From positions 4,354 through 68,353 of IMG/VR virus record IMGVR_UViG_3300028430_000572: a stretch of 64,000 nt of DNA. One strand, written 5' to 3'. This document shows positions 29,150 to 38,226 of the stretch, piece by piece (positions within the stretch are counted from its first letter, which is position 1; the number at the start of each line of letters is the position of its first letter). Position numbers and translations under genes: made by a program. The notes under the pieces are model-generated. The model saw only the letters and a program-made list of their open reading frames with translations. It ran no database searches and had not been told where the DNA came from. The DNA comes from a virus.

Positions 29150-29866
29150 TTACGGATTGTCCCATGCCTTGCGAGCGTAATCAAGATTGTGGTTGTAAAC
29201 GTCGATCGGTGTCGCGTCTTCAATCGAGATCGGGCAGACTACACCGATGCCAGACACCGACTGCTCGATGTTATCAAACTGCGACCACCCGACGACTTTC
29301 GCTTGCTTGTTCGGTTCGCCAACGATGATCGTCACACACTCAGCGCCAAGGAACTCAGCGACACGCACAAGTTCCGAAATCTTGAACGTGATGTGCTTAT
29401 GCGTCATCGGCGACGCTGCTTGCATCGCTTCTGCAAGAGGCGGGAATGTCGCGTCTAAACACTCCGCTTCTTTCGATACCCCGTTGCGATAAGCGCGAGC
29501 AACGCCGTTGGAAAGTTGCAACGGATTCCGCTTTCGGTCGGACTTCTGCAACAAACCGGCAGGAACAATCGATCCGATCGACTTGTTTTCGCCACCGGGA
29601 GTCTTGCCGGACTCCTTGTGCTTGCGACGATCGTTGATGTTCGATTCGTCGCCTTCGATTACAGGCGCGAACATGATCGCGCCAGACGTGCCGACGCTTG
29701 CGCAAACAATGCACTGGCGAGTCGCGTCTCGCTCGATCGATGTCGGGCGAATGTAAACGCCGCTCATTGCGAAAGAGCACGAGCCCGTCGTTCCGGGCTT
29801 CATGGAAATTTGGTGCAGCGGACGAGGAGGCAGATCGATTGTGACGGACGTTGCGTTGTCGAACAT
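29150..29866 (-). CDS. Hypothetical protein, weak resemblance to sliding-clamp domains
   Basis: SFAMSGVYI and ATFPPLAEAM recall beta-clamp motifs; weak evidence. Confidence 0.4.
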   Translation of the reverse strand: MFDNATSVTIDLPPRPLHQISMKPGTTGSCSFAMSGVYIRPTSIERDATRQCIVCASVGTSGAIMFAPVIEGDESNINDRRKHKESGKTPGGENKSIGSIVPAGLLQKSDRKRNPLQLSNGVARAYRNGVSKEAECLDATFPPLAEAMQAASPMTHKHITFKISELVRVAEFLGAECVTIIVGEPNKQAKVVGWSQFDNIEQSVSGIGVVCPISIEDATPIDVYNHNLDYARKAWDNP

Positions 29867-29875
29867 GGTTACCTT

Positions 29876-30421
29876 TCAGATAAAGAGCGACGCGACAATA
29901 TACAAAGCGAATCCGATGTTGATAATAGCGCAGCAGAAAACAACCCAAGTGACGGCAAGATGCTTAATGCGATCGCGATAATCTTTGATTCGATCGTTCG
30001 TCGGGCGAACATCTGGCTCCGCGTCAGGCTCATCGGAATCAGAGTCGATGTTTCGATCGTTCCCGTCCGAAAGTCGGAACGTCGGATCGTCGAACGTTTC
30101 GCTCCAGTTGACCGATCGAAAATCAGATGCAACGTAATTGTCCGCAAACTCTGATCTCTCGGCATCGAGAATGCGGGCGTAGTTGTCGAACAACCCTTCT
30201 TGCATGAGCGACGATCCAAAGCGAAACCGGAACATGCGATCGTGGCCGTGCTCATCCTGCGAAGAAAACATGAGTATCGCACAATCAGCGCCGTGAGCAC
30301 GAAGCGTTCCGAGCGAACTCAAGGCAATGCGGTTCATCGCGTTCGACTTCCGACTGTCGAACGACGTTGTCTCCGGCATGTCGTCATCTTCGTGATCTTG
30401 CTTGTTCAAGTGATGCTCCAC
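29876..30421 (-). CDS. Hypothetical protein with C-terminal TM anchor
   Basis: Leaderless GTG after TATATC-N5; hydrophobic C-terminus. Confidence 0.6.
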   Translation of the reverse strand: MEHHLNKQDHEDDDMPETTSFDSRKSNAMNRIALSSLGTLRAHGADCAILMFSSQDEHGHDRMFRFRFGSSLMQEGLFDNYARILDAERSEFADNYVASDFRSVNWSETFDDPTFRLSDGNDRNIDSDSDEPDAEPDVRPTNDRIKDYRDRIKHLAVTWVVFCCAIINIGFALYIVASLFI

Positions 30422-30478
30422 GCTGCGATATATCAGGCTCGCAGCGTTATCGTGCGTCGGTCAATTTCGTGGCGAAAT
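30422..30478 (-). promoter_or_regulatory. Class A promoter
   Basis: Palindrome 30464-30478; start codon 43 bp from its edge. Confidence 0.65.
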
Positions 30479-30681
30479 CAAGTGAAGTCGTCGGCATCGT
30501 CCGAAAAGTCGTCCAGTGAAGTGCTCGCGATGCAATCGTCTACATCGTGGTTGTTGGCGAAGCACCTTTCACAAAACGGCTTATGGCATCCCTCGCAATC
30601 TTGCCAATCGCCCATCTTGCCGCATCGAGAGCAAGCGCAGTCGCCGAACATTTGATCGCAATCGTTTTCGTGATCGCTCAT
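30478..30681 (-). CDS. Small Cys-rich zinc-finger-like protein
   Basis: CSRC, CEGC and CERC motifs; ATGA overlap with thyX. Confidence 0.55.
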   Translation of the reverse strand: MSDHENDCDQMFGDCACSRCGKMGDWQDCEGCHKPFCERCFANNHDVDDCIASTSLDDFSDDADDFT

Positions 30682-31541
30682 CGCAATGCGCCCGTTGTAA
30701 GTTGACCAGCGAGAATCTCGCGCTTGAGCAAATGCTCTTGGAACTCGCCGCGACTCATGCCTATCGAGTTCGTGTAATTCATCATTGATTCGGACAGATA
30801 CGACGTTCCGATCGGAAACGAAACGATCGTCTTGATGTCGAGCGCTGACAGGGTGATCGAGTTCAGCACGTAATCGCAAAACGCAGTTACGGCGATCGGG
30901 AAGTGCTCACGCGCGACATCGAGCATGAGCCTCGCGACTTCTGCCGTTTCTTGTTGAGCGTCAGCGTTGATTCGCAATCGAATGAAGTTGAACAAGTTGT
31001 GCAGGTCTATGCAGAACCTCATGCGGGTAAACGTGCCGAGCGGCAAGCACGATCTCGCCTGCTCGCGCGACACGCCCGCAGTTCTGCGGTTGAAATATTC
31101 GATGCCGCAAATTGCTTCTGCCGAAAGCCCGCCCACTTCGTTTGTCGAGTATTCCCCGGGCTTGTAATTTACAATGCCGCTGCTGGCCTGACGATTGCTT
31201 TTGGATTGCCCGCGCCATGGATACTTTTCGCTGCCGGGTCGATAGCAATCGAACTCTTCTGGAAGGTCGCTGTATCGCTGCGAGAACTCGTTGACGTTTG
31301 CCGTGCGATGCCTGATTACTTGTCTTGCAACGAAGATCGGGCACTCGATCTCGAAGTGCAACTTGCCGAACTCAAACGGCGAAGTGTGACGATGGCGAAT
31401 CAGGTATCGAATCAGCGACGCGATCGATGCCGGATCTTCTTTCGATTGCGACTGCTGATCGTTCTTGTTTGATGTCAATCGGGCTGCTCGCACGATCGAC
31501 AAGTCCGACCCCATCTTCTCGATCAAAGTTACGCTCGTCAT
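30678..31541 (-). CDS. thyX: FAD-dependent thymidylate synthase
   Basis: HTSPFEF, RHRTANVNEFSQRY (RHRX7S) and REQARSCLP motifs. Confidence 0.95.
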   Translation of the reverse strand: MTSVTLIEKMGSDLSIVRAARLTSNKNDQQSQSKEDPASIASLIRYLIRHRHTSPFEFGKLHFEIECPIFVARQVIRHRTANVNEFSQRYSDLPEEFDCYRPGSEKYPWRGQSKSNRQASSGIVNYKPGEYSTNEVGGLSAEAICGIEYFNRRTAGVSREQARSCLPLGTFTRMRFCIDLHNLFNFIRLRINADAQQETAEVARLMLDVAREHFPIAVTAFCDYVLNSITLSALDIKTIVSFPIGTSYLSESMMNYTNSIGMSRGEFQEHLLKREILAGQLTTGALR

Positions 31542-31818
31542 TCAATATCCCTTCGTCAAGAGAAAAGTCTGCGCTCGCGGCGTAATCAGTCACGCGGCGA
31601 GCAAGTTTGTTGAGTTGAATGGTCGTCGGGCCTTCGCGGCGACTGTGATACCGTTCGACGATTTCATTCGCAACGATCGCCATTTCGTTGGCCGATCGAA
31701 TAAGCATCCTGAGTTTGACAAGTTCCGCAGAAGCGGATCGATTGCTTTTAGCGAGTGCTCGCATTGCACGGTCGATCGTGGCATATCGCGACTCGTCGAT
31801 TGATTTTGATTTCGCCAC
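31372..31818 (-). CDS. Hypothetical protein
   Basis: GTG start inside a palindrome with AAGGA RBS; 3' part overlaps thyX. Confidence 0.45.
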   Translation of the reverse strand: MAKSKSIDESRYATIDRAMRALAKSNRSASAELVKLRMLIRSANEMAIVANEIVERYHSRREGPTTIQLNKLARRVTDYAASADFSLDEGILNDERNFDREDGVGLVDRASSPIDIKQERSAVAIERRSGIDRVADSIPDSPSSHFAV

Positions 31819-31839
31819 GAAATCAATCCTTGAACGGGT

Positions 31840-32280
31840 TTAGAACGGGTCTACTTCTTGGTCGTCGATATCGATGAGATCGAGTAACGAAACGATCGCG
31901 GCCCGATCGATTCGATCGCTAACGTCTACGGCATACTTCGGACACAATCCGCTTTCGATCGTTGATATCGAAGCAATAGCAATCGACTTGACGGCGCAGA
32001 ACGAAAGAACGCACGCAAGGTTTTCATTTGACGACACGACGACAGCACGCGGGCTTTGCTTGGCGGGAGGATCGACAAGTTGCCCGCAGTCGATTGCTTT
32101 GATCTGGTCAAGTAAGATCGACTTGACGTTTCGCAATTTTTGCTCGGATGTCAGGCTTTTGCGCATTCGAGCAAAATGGTCGTCGAGTTCTTCGACGATT
32201 TCTTGGCACTGGTCGCGCACCGATTCGGCGCGAACGATTCGACCTTGTATGTATTCTCGATCGTTTTGAGTGCTGCTCAT
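31840..32280 (-). CDS. Hypothetical protein
   Basis: GGAG RBS before ATG 32280; downstream of a TATATT box. Confidence 0.55.
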   Translation of the reverse strand: MSSTQNDREYIQGRIVRAESVRDQCQEIVEELDDHFARMRKSLTSEQKLRNVKSILLDQIKAIDCGQLVDPPAKQSPRAVVVSSNENLACVLSFCAVKSIAIASISTIESGLCPKYAVDVSDRIDRAAIVSLLDLIDIDDQEVDPF

Positions 32281-32321
32281 ACTGCGCTCCGTGTTCGCCC
32301 AATATATCGACCTCGGCAAAA

Positions 32322-32621
32322 CTACGCTTCGGTTTGATTTCGTGGCGAAATCGAGCCTTTGGGCTTGCGCTTACGGACCTGATCGATGTCGAACGTGCTG
32401 CGAAATACGTCGGTCGGATAGGTCAACACTTCACTCGGCAGATGAGTCTCGCCGGGGACAGAGAACTCGTCAGGCACGCAGAGTCGAACCCTGACGAACG
32501 ATCCGCCGATTGCTTTGACGTGCTCAAGCACGATTACCGAAGCCATCCCAGACTTCTGCTTCCATCGACTGCCGACGCGAATCGATTGCACTTTCTTGCC
32601 GGTCGCCTTGCTGCCAGCCAT
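32322..32621 (-). CDS. Hypothetical protein
   Basis: 99 aa; AAGGA RBS; packed in the operon. Confidence 0.5.
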   Translation of the reverse strand: MAGSKATGKKVQSIRVGSRWKQKSGMASVIVLEHVKAIGGSFVRVRLCVPDEFSVPGETHLPSEVLTYPTDVFRSTFDIDQVRKRKPKGSISPRNQTEA

Positions 32622-32623
32622 GC

Positions 32624-33550
32624 TTATCCTTGTAAAGAGGGATATAGGGTTGCTTGCATGACGAGCCCGCGCGTGATCGCCGCTCGCCTTTCATTGTCCA
32701 TTTTGACGTTGTATCGCTCAAAAAACGAAAACAACTTGCCTTTGCGAGACTGATAAATGCCTTGATCGTGAAACGCATAGTCCTGCACATGATTCAAATA
32801 TGCGGGACGCGGGAACCCGTGCCTTGACCAGTGATGATGATAGTGCATCATCGTGGCATCGACTTTGAGTATCTTGCGTTTGGATGCGATATCGAACAAC
32901 TCCCGGTCGCAATACAAATGGCGATAAATGTCGTAATACGGGCCGCACCCAGCATCGGCCCGAAGCCCGACGGCTGCCGCACGATTGAATATCGGCGATC
33001 CGCAGATGCCTTTCGTCTCGCCGAACGAGTCGCCCGTCGGCTGATAGATCCCGGGATCGCAATTGCGAGGACCGATCGGCAACCTGATTACATCCGACGC
33101 GAGCGCCCCGATGTCTTGATACGGGCCACCGATCGGCGCGCCGACTGGTTGCAGAGGGTCCATATCGTCGCCAGCAACGGCGATCAGTTCGCAATACGGG
33201 TCGCGCAACGCAATGCGTATGCCTTGATTGGCGAGCCTCGCAAACGAGTATTGGCCTGATCGAACAACTTGGAAGTCGCAATCTTTGCCGCTTTGTGGCT
33301 CGTGGTTCGGTTCAACAATCGCAAGCACCATCCATCCGGCCCGAGCCCACCGCGAATAGAACCTTGCAAGGTTCGCAGGGTTGGCCGACGGAACAACGAC
33401 GATGGCGTTCCAATTTCGTCGCGAAATCGGCTGAGCGTTGTGACACAATGGGAGCGGATTGCGGTGCAGCACTACTTCGCCGTCGATTTCGCCGGAAGGC
33501 GTTTCGATCGGATCGAGATTGACGTAGCGAGTGAACGGCGATCTTGTCAT
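32624..33550 (-). CDS. GT-A fold (family 2-like) glycosyltransferase
   Basis: VVVPS, GDDMD (DxD-like), YRHLYCDREL and HHHW motifs. Confidence 0.7.
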   Translation of the reverse strand: MTRSPFTRYVNLDPIETPSGEIDGEVVLHRNPLPLCHNAQPISRRNWNAIVVVPSANPANLARFYSRWARAGWMVLAIVEPNHEPQSGKDCDFQVVRSGQYSFARLANQGIRIALRDPYCELIAVAGDDMDPLQPVGAPIGGPYQDIGALASDVIRLPIGPRNCDPGIYQPTGDSFGETKGICGSPIFNRAAAVGLRADAGCGPYYDIYRHLYCDRELFDIASKRKILKVDATMMHYHHHWSRHGFPRPAYLNHVQDYAFHDQGIYQSRKGKLFSFFERYNVKMDNERRAAITRGLVMQATLYPSLQG

Positions 33551-34656
33551 TTCGGAATCTCCGGGATTGGGCCACCGATGATCGTCGAAACGCCGTGCTC
33601 TTTGTCGATTGAAACGATGATGCCATCGGCGTTGATGAGCACAACTTGGTTGTCTTGCACGACTTCGTTTGCAACATCGATGAGCCGATGGAGTGCAACG
33701 ATCGTCTGCTCTTGTCGAGCATCGAACCCGACCCCGTTCCTGCCCGCCAACATCGCAGCGTGAAGCGTCGTGCCGCTCCCCGAGAACGGGTCGAAAACTG
33801 TTCCGTTCGGCGGACAGAATGACCGAATGAATCGATCTGGCAACGCCACGGGATACGGGGCCTCATTACGATGAGCAAGCGGATGCCCGAGATGCCCGCC
33901 ACCGACAGCGCCGCAGTCGATGATCGATCCGGGGTTCGTTTTCGCGGGCTGCTTGAACGCCCGTCCGCTCACGCGCGATCCATTGCGTTTGCGAGACGAC
34001 GGATTGCCGCCGACAGGGAACTTCGGCGGCGAGCCGCACGCGGTCACGTCTGACCATTGCATCTTGCCTCGGGCAGTTACGACGATGATCGGCTCGTGAT
34101 CGGCGCGGAAGTAATCGGGTCCGCCGCTGCCCGGAATGCCAAACCGCTTGTAGACGAGCGGGCGACGGACGCACATCCGCAAGTCTTGACAAGCAACGGC
34201 AAGGCGTTCCGGCGCGAGCGAGTATTCGTAATGCCGGGTCACGCCAGATACAACGTACGCGATCGTCTTGATGCCGCTGGTCAAGTAGCATCGGATCATG
34301 CAAGCGTGCTGCATCGCCCACTCTTGCCCCGTCGCCAGCACGAACTCCGATCGAATGCCGTAGGTTCGCGAGTTTTCGTAGGGCGGCGAAGTGACAACGA
34401 GATCGGCGTGCGGCGCAAGTGCTGGCTTGTGCCACCCGTGCGTGATCGTGCGAAGTTCGTAAGTATTGACATCGCGACCCGACTGCTTTGCTTTGTCGAT
34501 GATCGACTGAAAGTAAGCCGAAGGCATGTATCGATCAAAATGGAACTTCGCAATCCCTGCTTCTGCAATCGATCTGGCAACCGAATTGATCGAACGGTTT
34601 TTCATTCGCGCCGCCACGATCTTCGCAGCCTGTTTCGCCGACGGTTTTGCTTTCAT
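33547..34656 (-). CDS. DNA methyltransferase (beta class, probably N4-cytosine)
   Basis: TSPPY, EAPYPVALP and DPFSGSGTT motifs. Confidence 0.88.
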   Translation of the reverse strand: MKAKPSAKQAAKIVAARMKNRSINSVARSIAEAGIAKFHFDRYMPSAYFQSIIDKAKQSGRDVNTYELRTITHGWHKPALAPHADLVVTSPPYENSRTYGIRSEFVLATGQEWAMQHACMIRCYLTSGIKTIAYVVSGVTRHYEYSLAPERLAVACQDLRMCVRRPLVYKRFGIPGSGGPDYFRADHEPIIVVTARGKMQWSDVTACGSPPKFPVGGNPSSRKRNGSRVSGRAFKQPAKTNPGSIIDCGAVGGGHLGHPLAHRNEAPYPVALPDRFIRSFCPPNGTVFDPFSGSGTTLHAAMLAGRNGVGFDARQEQTIVALHRLIDVANEVVQDNQVVLINADGIIVSIDKEHGVSTIIGGPIPEIPK

Positions 34657-34969
34657 GGTTTCTCCTGTTTGCCTCTTGCAAGTTGTCGAGCATCGTCATC
34701 GGGACAAGATGCTTTGGGTTCACACACCTTGGGTTGTTGCAGGTGTGATGGATCGTCATCGACTCGGGAATTTGGCCGACAAACATTCGGTACGATACCC
34801 GATGAGCAAGGTACATCTTGCCTTGCATCTTGAAAACGCAATACCCGCGACTGTTGGAAGAGCCCTTGTAGATGATGCAGCCCGATAGCCAGTTTTCGCA
34901 CTTGCGAAGAAACCTTCGATAGTCTTGCATCGAAGGATCGGGGATCGGGATAGGGTGCTTGAATTGCAT
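34535..34969 (-). CDS. HNH homing endonuclease
   Basis: YLAHRVSY ... IHHTCNNPRCVNPKHL. Confidence 0.88.
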   Translation of the reverse strand: MQFKHPIPIPDPSMQDYRRFLRKCENWLSGCIIYKGSSNSRGYCVFKMQGKMYLAHRVSYRMFVGQIPESMTIHHTCNNPRCVNPKHLVPMTMLDNLQEANRRNHESKTVGETGCEDRGGANEKPFDQFGCQIDCRSRDCEVPF

Positions 34970-35784
34970 TACGCGACGATATCAATCGGGCGACGGATGT
35001 TGAGCGGCGTGCTCATCGGATTGCGCCAGGTGTTAACCCATTCGCAAATAGCAGGAACGCGATATCGAGCATCTAGCATTGCTTGAATCACCGACTGCGT
35101 AGCACTTAGCCGACGCATAAGACTGATTCGATTCCATTCGATGAGATTATTATCTACGCATCCCGGCGAAGAATTGGCGGGACCGCCCGTCATCCAACTT
35201 CGCTCGCAGAACGCATCGCCGATCAGCAAAGACACGTCGCCGAACAGTTTGCTCATCGCTTTCTCACTTGAAAGCAATCCCGACACCTTGGCCGTTTCGA
35301 CAACTCGATTGTTGACGCGAAAGTAATCCGATTGCTCGGCGGTGAACGCGAGCACTTCCATTTCATCGTTGCCCTTGAGTGCGTGACGGAACGCTCGGTG
35401 ATTGCCATCGATGAGCAACACGGAGCCGTCGGGTTCGATTACAACGAACGGCGGGCCGTCGCTCAGTTCGCCGGATACCGCGTGAGTCAAGTCGATATGC
35501 TGCCGTCCCGAAGAAACGCTTTCGAGGAACGGAGCAAGTTTGATTCGGCCAAGTTCGCCGTAGCCCGACTTCGCCATCGCTGCTGCGGTGTTGATGCAGT
35601 AGATTCGATGGTCTTTGTCGTAGGTCGATGAGGAAGCTTGTCGTGATTGCAGGATCGAAGCGAAGCCTTCGGGCGTGTCGATAGTGGCGAGACATGGGCA
35701 AGGCAAGAACCCTTGGCCGACGGGCCAGTTTGCGCCGACCGGCAAGAGTTTGATCGGATTGCGTGATTGCGGAAGTGTGCTCAT
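34969..35784 (-). CDS. Hypothetical protein with ParB/Srx-like motif
   Basis: PPFVVIEPDGSVLLIDGNHRA; leaderless start. Confidence 0.55.
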   Translation of the reverse strand: MSTLPQSRNPIKLLPVGANWPVGQGFLPCPCLATIDTPEGFASILQSRQASSSTYDKDHRIYCINTAAAMAKSGYGELGRIKLAPFLESVSSGRQHIDLTHAVSGELSDGPPFVVIEPDGSVLLIDGNHRAFRHALKGNDEMEVLAFTAEQSDYFRVNNRVVETAKVSGLLSSEKAMSKLFGDVSLLIGDAFCERSWMTGGPANSSPGCVDNNLIEWNRISLMRRLSATQSVIQAMLDARYRVPAICEWVNTWRNPMSTPLNIRRPIDIVA

Positions 35785-35841
35785 GCCGCGATATATCGAA
35801 CTCGCGGCGATATCGGTAGCCGTTCAATTTCGTGGCGAAAT
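35785..35841 (-). promoter_or_regulatory. Class A promoter
   Basis: Palindrome 35827-35841; TATATC-N5-ATG, 43 bp spacing. Confidence 0.65.
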
Positions 35842-36570
35842 CGACCCGCCCGAATCGACCACTTCTCGCATCGTGCGGGATGCTTGATGATGCACGACGA
35901 TCGGCTCTACGACGCTCGGCATGAGATCGGGGATGCAGCACAACTCGGGGCACATCGGCGAAACGATACCCTTGGCGACATCCCAGAGCGATTCTTGGTC
36001 AAGTTGTTCAGGGTCGGCGGCGCATCGAGTCGCCCATGCAACGAGTATCGATTCGCCCGTGCGGCCTTCGCCGACCCAAAGCGTGCCTGAGCAAAGATTG
36101 GAGTTGATGAGCGGGAATCGCTTTTTGTAAGACGGCGACAATGCGGGGCAGAATGCCGCGATCGTCGCGCCGCCGATCCCGCTCTTGCCGTCAGCCAGTC
36201 GAGCGATAGCCTCGTGTGCGGCTTTCGTGTTTGGGATTTCGCTGTCAGCGTCGAGCCAAAGTATCGGCATTCCAAACATCTGAGCCGCCTTGAGCATTAC
36301 GAGCGGCTTGAGTGCACAGTTGCGAGCCCATCCGCCGAGCGACTGGCCCCGAAACCTTGCGATCGGCAATGTCGCTTCGCCACGCTTGACGCGACGGCAA
36401 GACGATGCAAGCCGGTCGTCTACGCCAGCGTACTCGGGCGTAGTCATTGTGACAACGGCGAAGCCGAAGATGTCACGCGCGAGATCGAAGTATTCGGACA
36501 GGATGGGTCTTTGGGAAACTACGTTTGATTCCAGCAGCGGTCGCTTGCCGAACGACATTGGCGTTGTCAT
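35824..36570 (-). CDS. Nucleotide-diphospho-sugar transferase-like glycosyltransferase
   Basis: LKPLVM, ILWLDADS (DxD), SGTLW, DQESL and HHQASR motifs. Confidence 0.72.
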   Translation of the reverse strand: MTTPMSFGKRPLLESNVVSQRPILSEYFDLARDIFGFAVVTMTTPEYAGVDDRLASSCRRVKRGEATLPIARFRGQSLGGWARNCALKPLVMLKAAQMFGMPILWLDADSEIPNTKAAHEAIARLADGKSGIGGATIAAFCPALSPSYKKRFPLINSNLCSGTLWVGEGRTGESILVAWATRCAADPEQLDQESLWDVAKGIVSPMCPELCCIPDLMPSVVEPIVVHHQASRTMREVVDSGGSISPRN

Positions 36571-37348
36571 GCTCTTTCGCCTGATTGTCGTCGCGGCTCC
36601 AAGCAACGGCGGCGATGCGGTACTTGCGTTGAGGGTATCCTGCCCCTGACTTGTTCCATCCGTAAATATACGTCGGCCAAGTTACCCACGAATCAACAAT
36701 TTCGCAAGTCAGGCTATTGCCGACGTTGATAACCGCTGGCACTCTCGCCATCGATAGTTGCAGGTACGCCATCTTGCAGCACAACGGATCAACGTCTTGC
36801 AGCGTTGCGAAGAGTTGTGTTTCAATGTGCAATCCTCGATCTCTCGCGGCCATCGCTGCTGCGAGCATTGTGCCGCCAGCGCCGCACGCGGGATCGCCGA
36901 TGTGAGCAAACCGTTTCTTGCTCTTTGTGATCCATTCGATGCCCGGCATGGTCATCGATGCCATAAGGCGGGAGATGCAATCGGGCGTGAAGAACTGCCC
37001 GCGATTGGAATTCGACACTTCCATGCTCATGTAGAGCCCGCCGAGATGATCTGCGAAACGATCAGCGTCGAAACAACGCGAAAGCAACGCGAGGCATTCG
37101 CAAAACTTGTCTACGCAATCGCGATCGTACTTTTTGACGATGCGAAGATACTCGTCTTCGCGAGACTTGCGAACGTCGGGCGGGCTCGGCCATCGATTCG
37201 CTATTGCGACAGCAGACATCGAAACGAAGTCGCCGAACAACTCCCACGGCGATCGACCGCACGAACGGGAAATGCTGTAAATGGCATCTGCGATCGGTCG
37301 CCAGTGCTCTTGCTTCGATCCGTGCTTCTGCGCGTGAGTTCGTCCCAT
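36473..37348 (-). CDS. N-6 DNA methylase-like protein (HsdM-like, lacking NPPF/Y)
   Basis: GQFFTP, DPACGAG and GNSL present; no motif IV after GNSL. Confidence 0.75.
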   Translation of the reverse strand: MGRTHAQKHGSKQEHWRPIADAIYSISRSCGRSPWELFGDFVSMSAVAIANRWPSPPDVRKSREDEYLRIVKKYDRDCVDKFCECLALLSRCFDADRFADHLGGLYMSMEVSNSNRGQFFTPDCISRLMASMTMPGIEWITKSKKRFAHIGDPACGAGGTMLAAAMAARDRGLHIETQLFATLQDVDPLCCKMAYLQLSMARVPAVINVGNSLTCEIVDSWVTWPTYIYGWNKSGAGYPQRKYRIAAVAWSRDDNQAKEHDNANVVRQATAAGIKRSFPKTHPVRILRSRA

Positions 37349-37405
37349 GCGCCAATATACGGGATCGGGAGCGGCGAAGTGAGTCGGTCGATTTCGTCAC
37401 GAAAT
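37349..37405 (-). promoter_or_regulatory. Class A promoter
   Basis: Palindrome 37391-37405; TATATT-N5-ATG, 43 bp spacing. Confidence 0.65.
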
Positions 37406-38116
37406 CGCTTTGCCGTACAACTTCTTGTAGAACTCGCACTTTTTGATTCGGCGACGGGCAGACGCACACATAGGCATTGCGAATCGGTACTTGATCGCAT
37501 CTTGTATCAGTTGCGCATTCGGGTCCACGTTCGCACGAATCTTGGCGATCGCAGCATAACCATACCGAGCCCCGACGCTTCTAACGTGAACCTTGACACC
37601 ATGTATCATCATCGAGGTAGCATTTGATTCGCCGAGATATATCCACCCGCCCGCCTTGTAAATGCCGCCGCGATGATTTTGTCCGCTGTCTGCATAGGAC
37701 ATAATGGCATCGATTTCCGGCTTGATTTTGCGAAGCGATCGAAGTGCGAGTTTCACAAACGCAGAAACCTGAGTGGTGTGATCTTTCATTGCCACACGCA
37801 CAAGTTCCCACGCAACGTCCACATTTAGCGCGACTGCATAGCCGTTTCTCGATAGCGAGCCCGTACCAAAGGCAATGATGCCCACTCGCTTGCCGAACTC
37901 GATACACTCAAACACAATCGCGTTCATCGGGAGAGTTCCCGAGTAATGAAAGTTCTTGCACCACCATGACGCAACTCTGACATCGACTCGTTCGACATAG
38001 TAATCGAACTTGCCGCGAGATCCGAGTAGCGACATCGATTGCTTCGTTTCCCCGATACGGGAGACAACGCTCGACAACTTCTCGGGCTTATGTGAGAGAG
38101 GACGCATCGAGGACAT
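37397..38116 (-). CDS. mom: Mom-family adenine modification enzyme (GNAT fold)
   Basis: HYSG, GIIAFG, WELVRV and SYADSGQNHRGGIYKAGGWIYLG motifs. Start may be 38116 or 38035. Confidence 0.8.
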   Translation of the reverse strand: MSSMRPLSHKPEKLSSVVSRIGETKQSMSLLGSRGKFDYYVERVDVRVASWWCKNFHYSGTLPMNAIVFECIEFGKRVGIIAFGTGSLSRNGYAVALNVDVAWELVRVAMKDHTTQVSAFVKLALRSLRKIKPEIDAIMSYADSGQNHRGGIYKAGGWIYLGESNATSMMIHGVKVHVRSVGARYGYAAIAKIRANVDPNAQLIQDAIKYRFAMPMCASARRRIKKCEFYKKLYGKAIS

Positions 38117-38117
38117 A

Positions 38118-38190
38118 AGCGGATGGACAGGGATCGAACCTTCCTCCCTCACTTGGTAAGTGAGTGCATCGCCGTTGATGCTTCATCCGC
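38118..38190 (-). tRNA. Non-canonical tRNA-Gly(ACC)-like RNA
   Basis: GCGGATG/CATCCGC-U73, D stem GCAT/ATGC, anticodon arm CTCAC-TTACCAA-GTGAG, T-loop TTCGATC; A8, C14 and a bulged T stem. Confidence 0.72.
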
Positions 38191-38226
38191 ACATTGGTTA
38201 CTGACTGCGAATCGATTAACGAGAAA

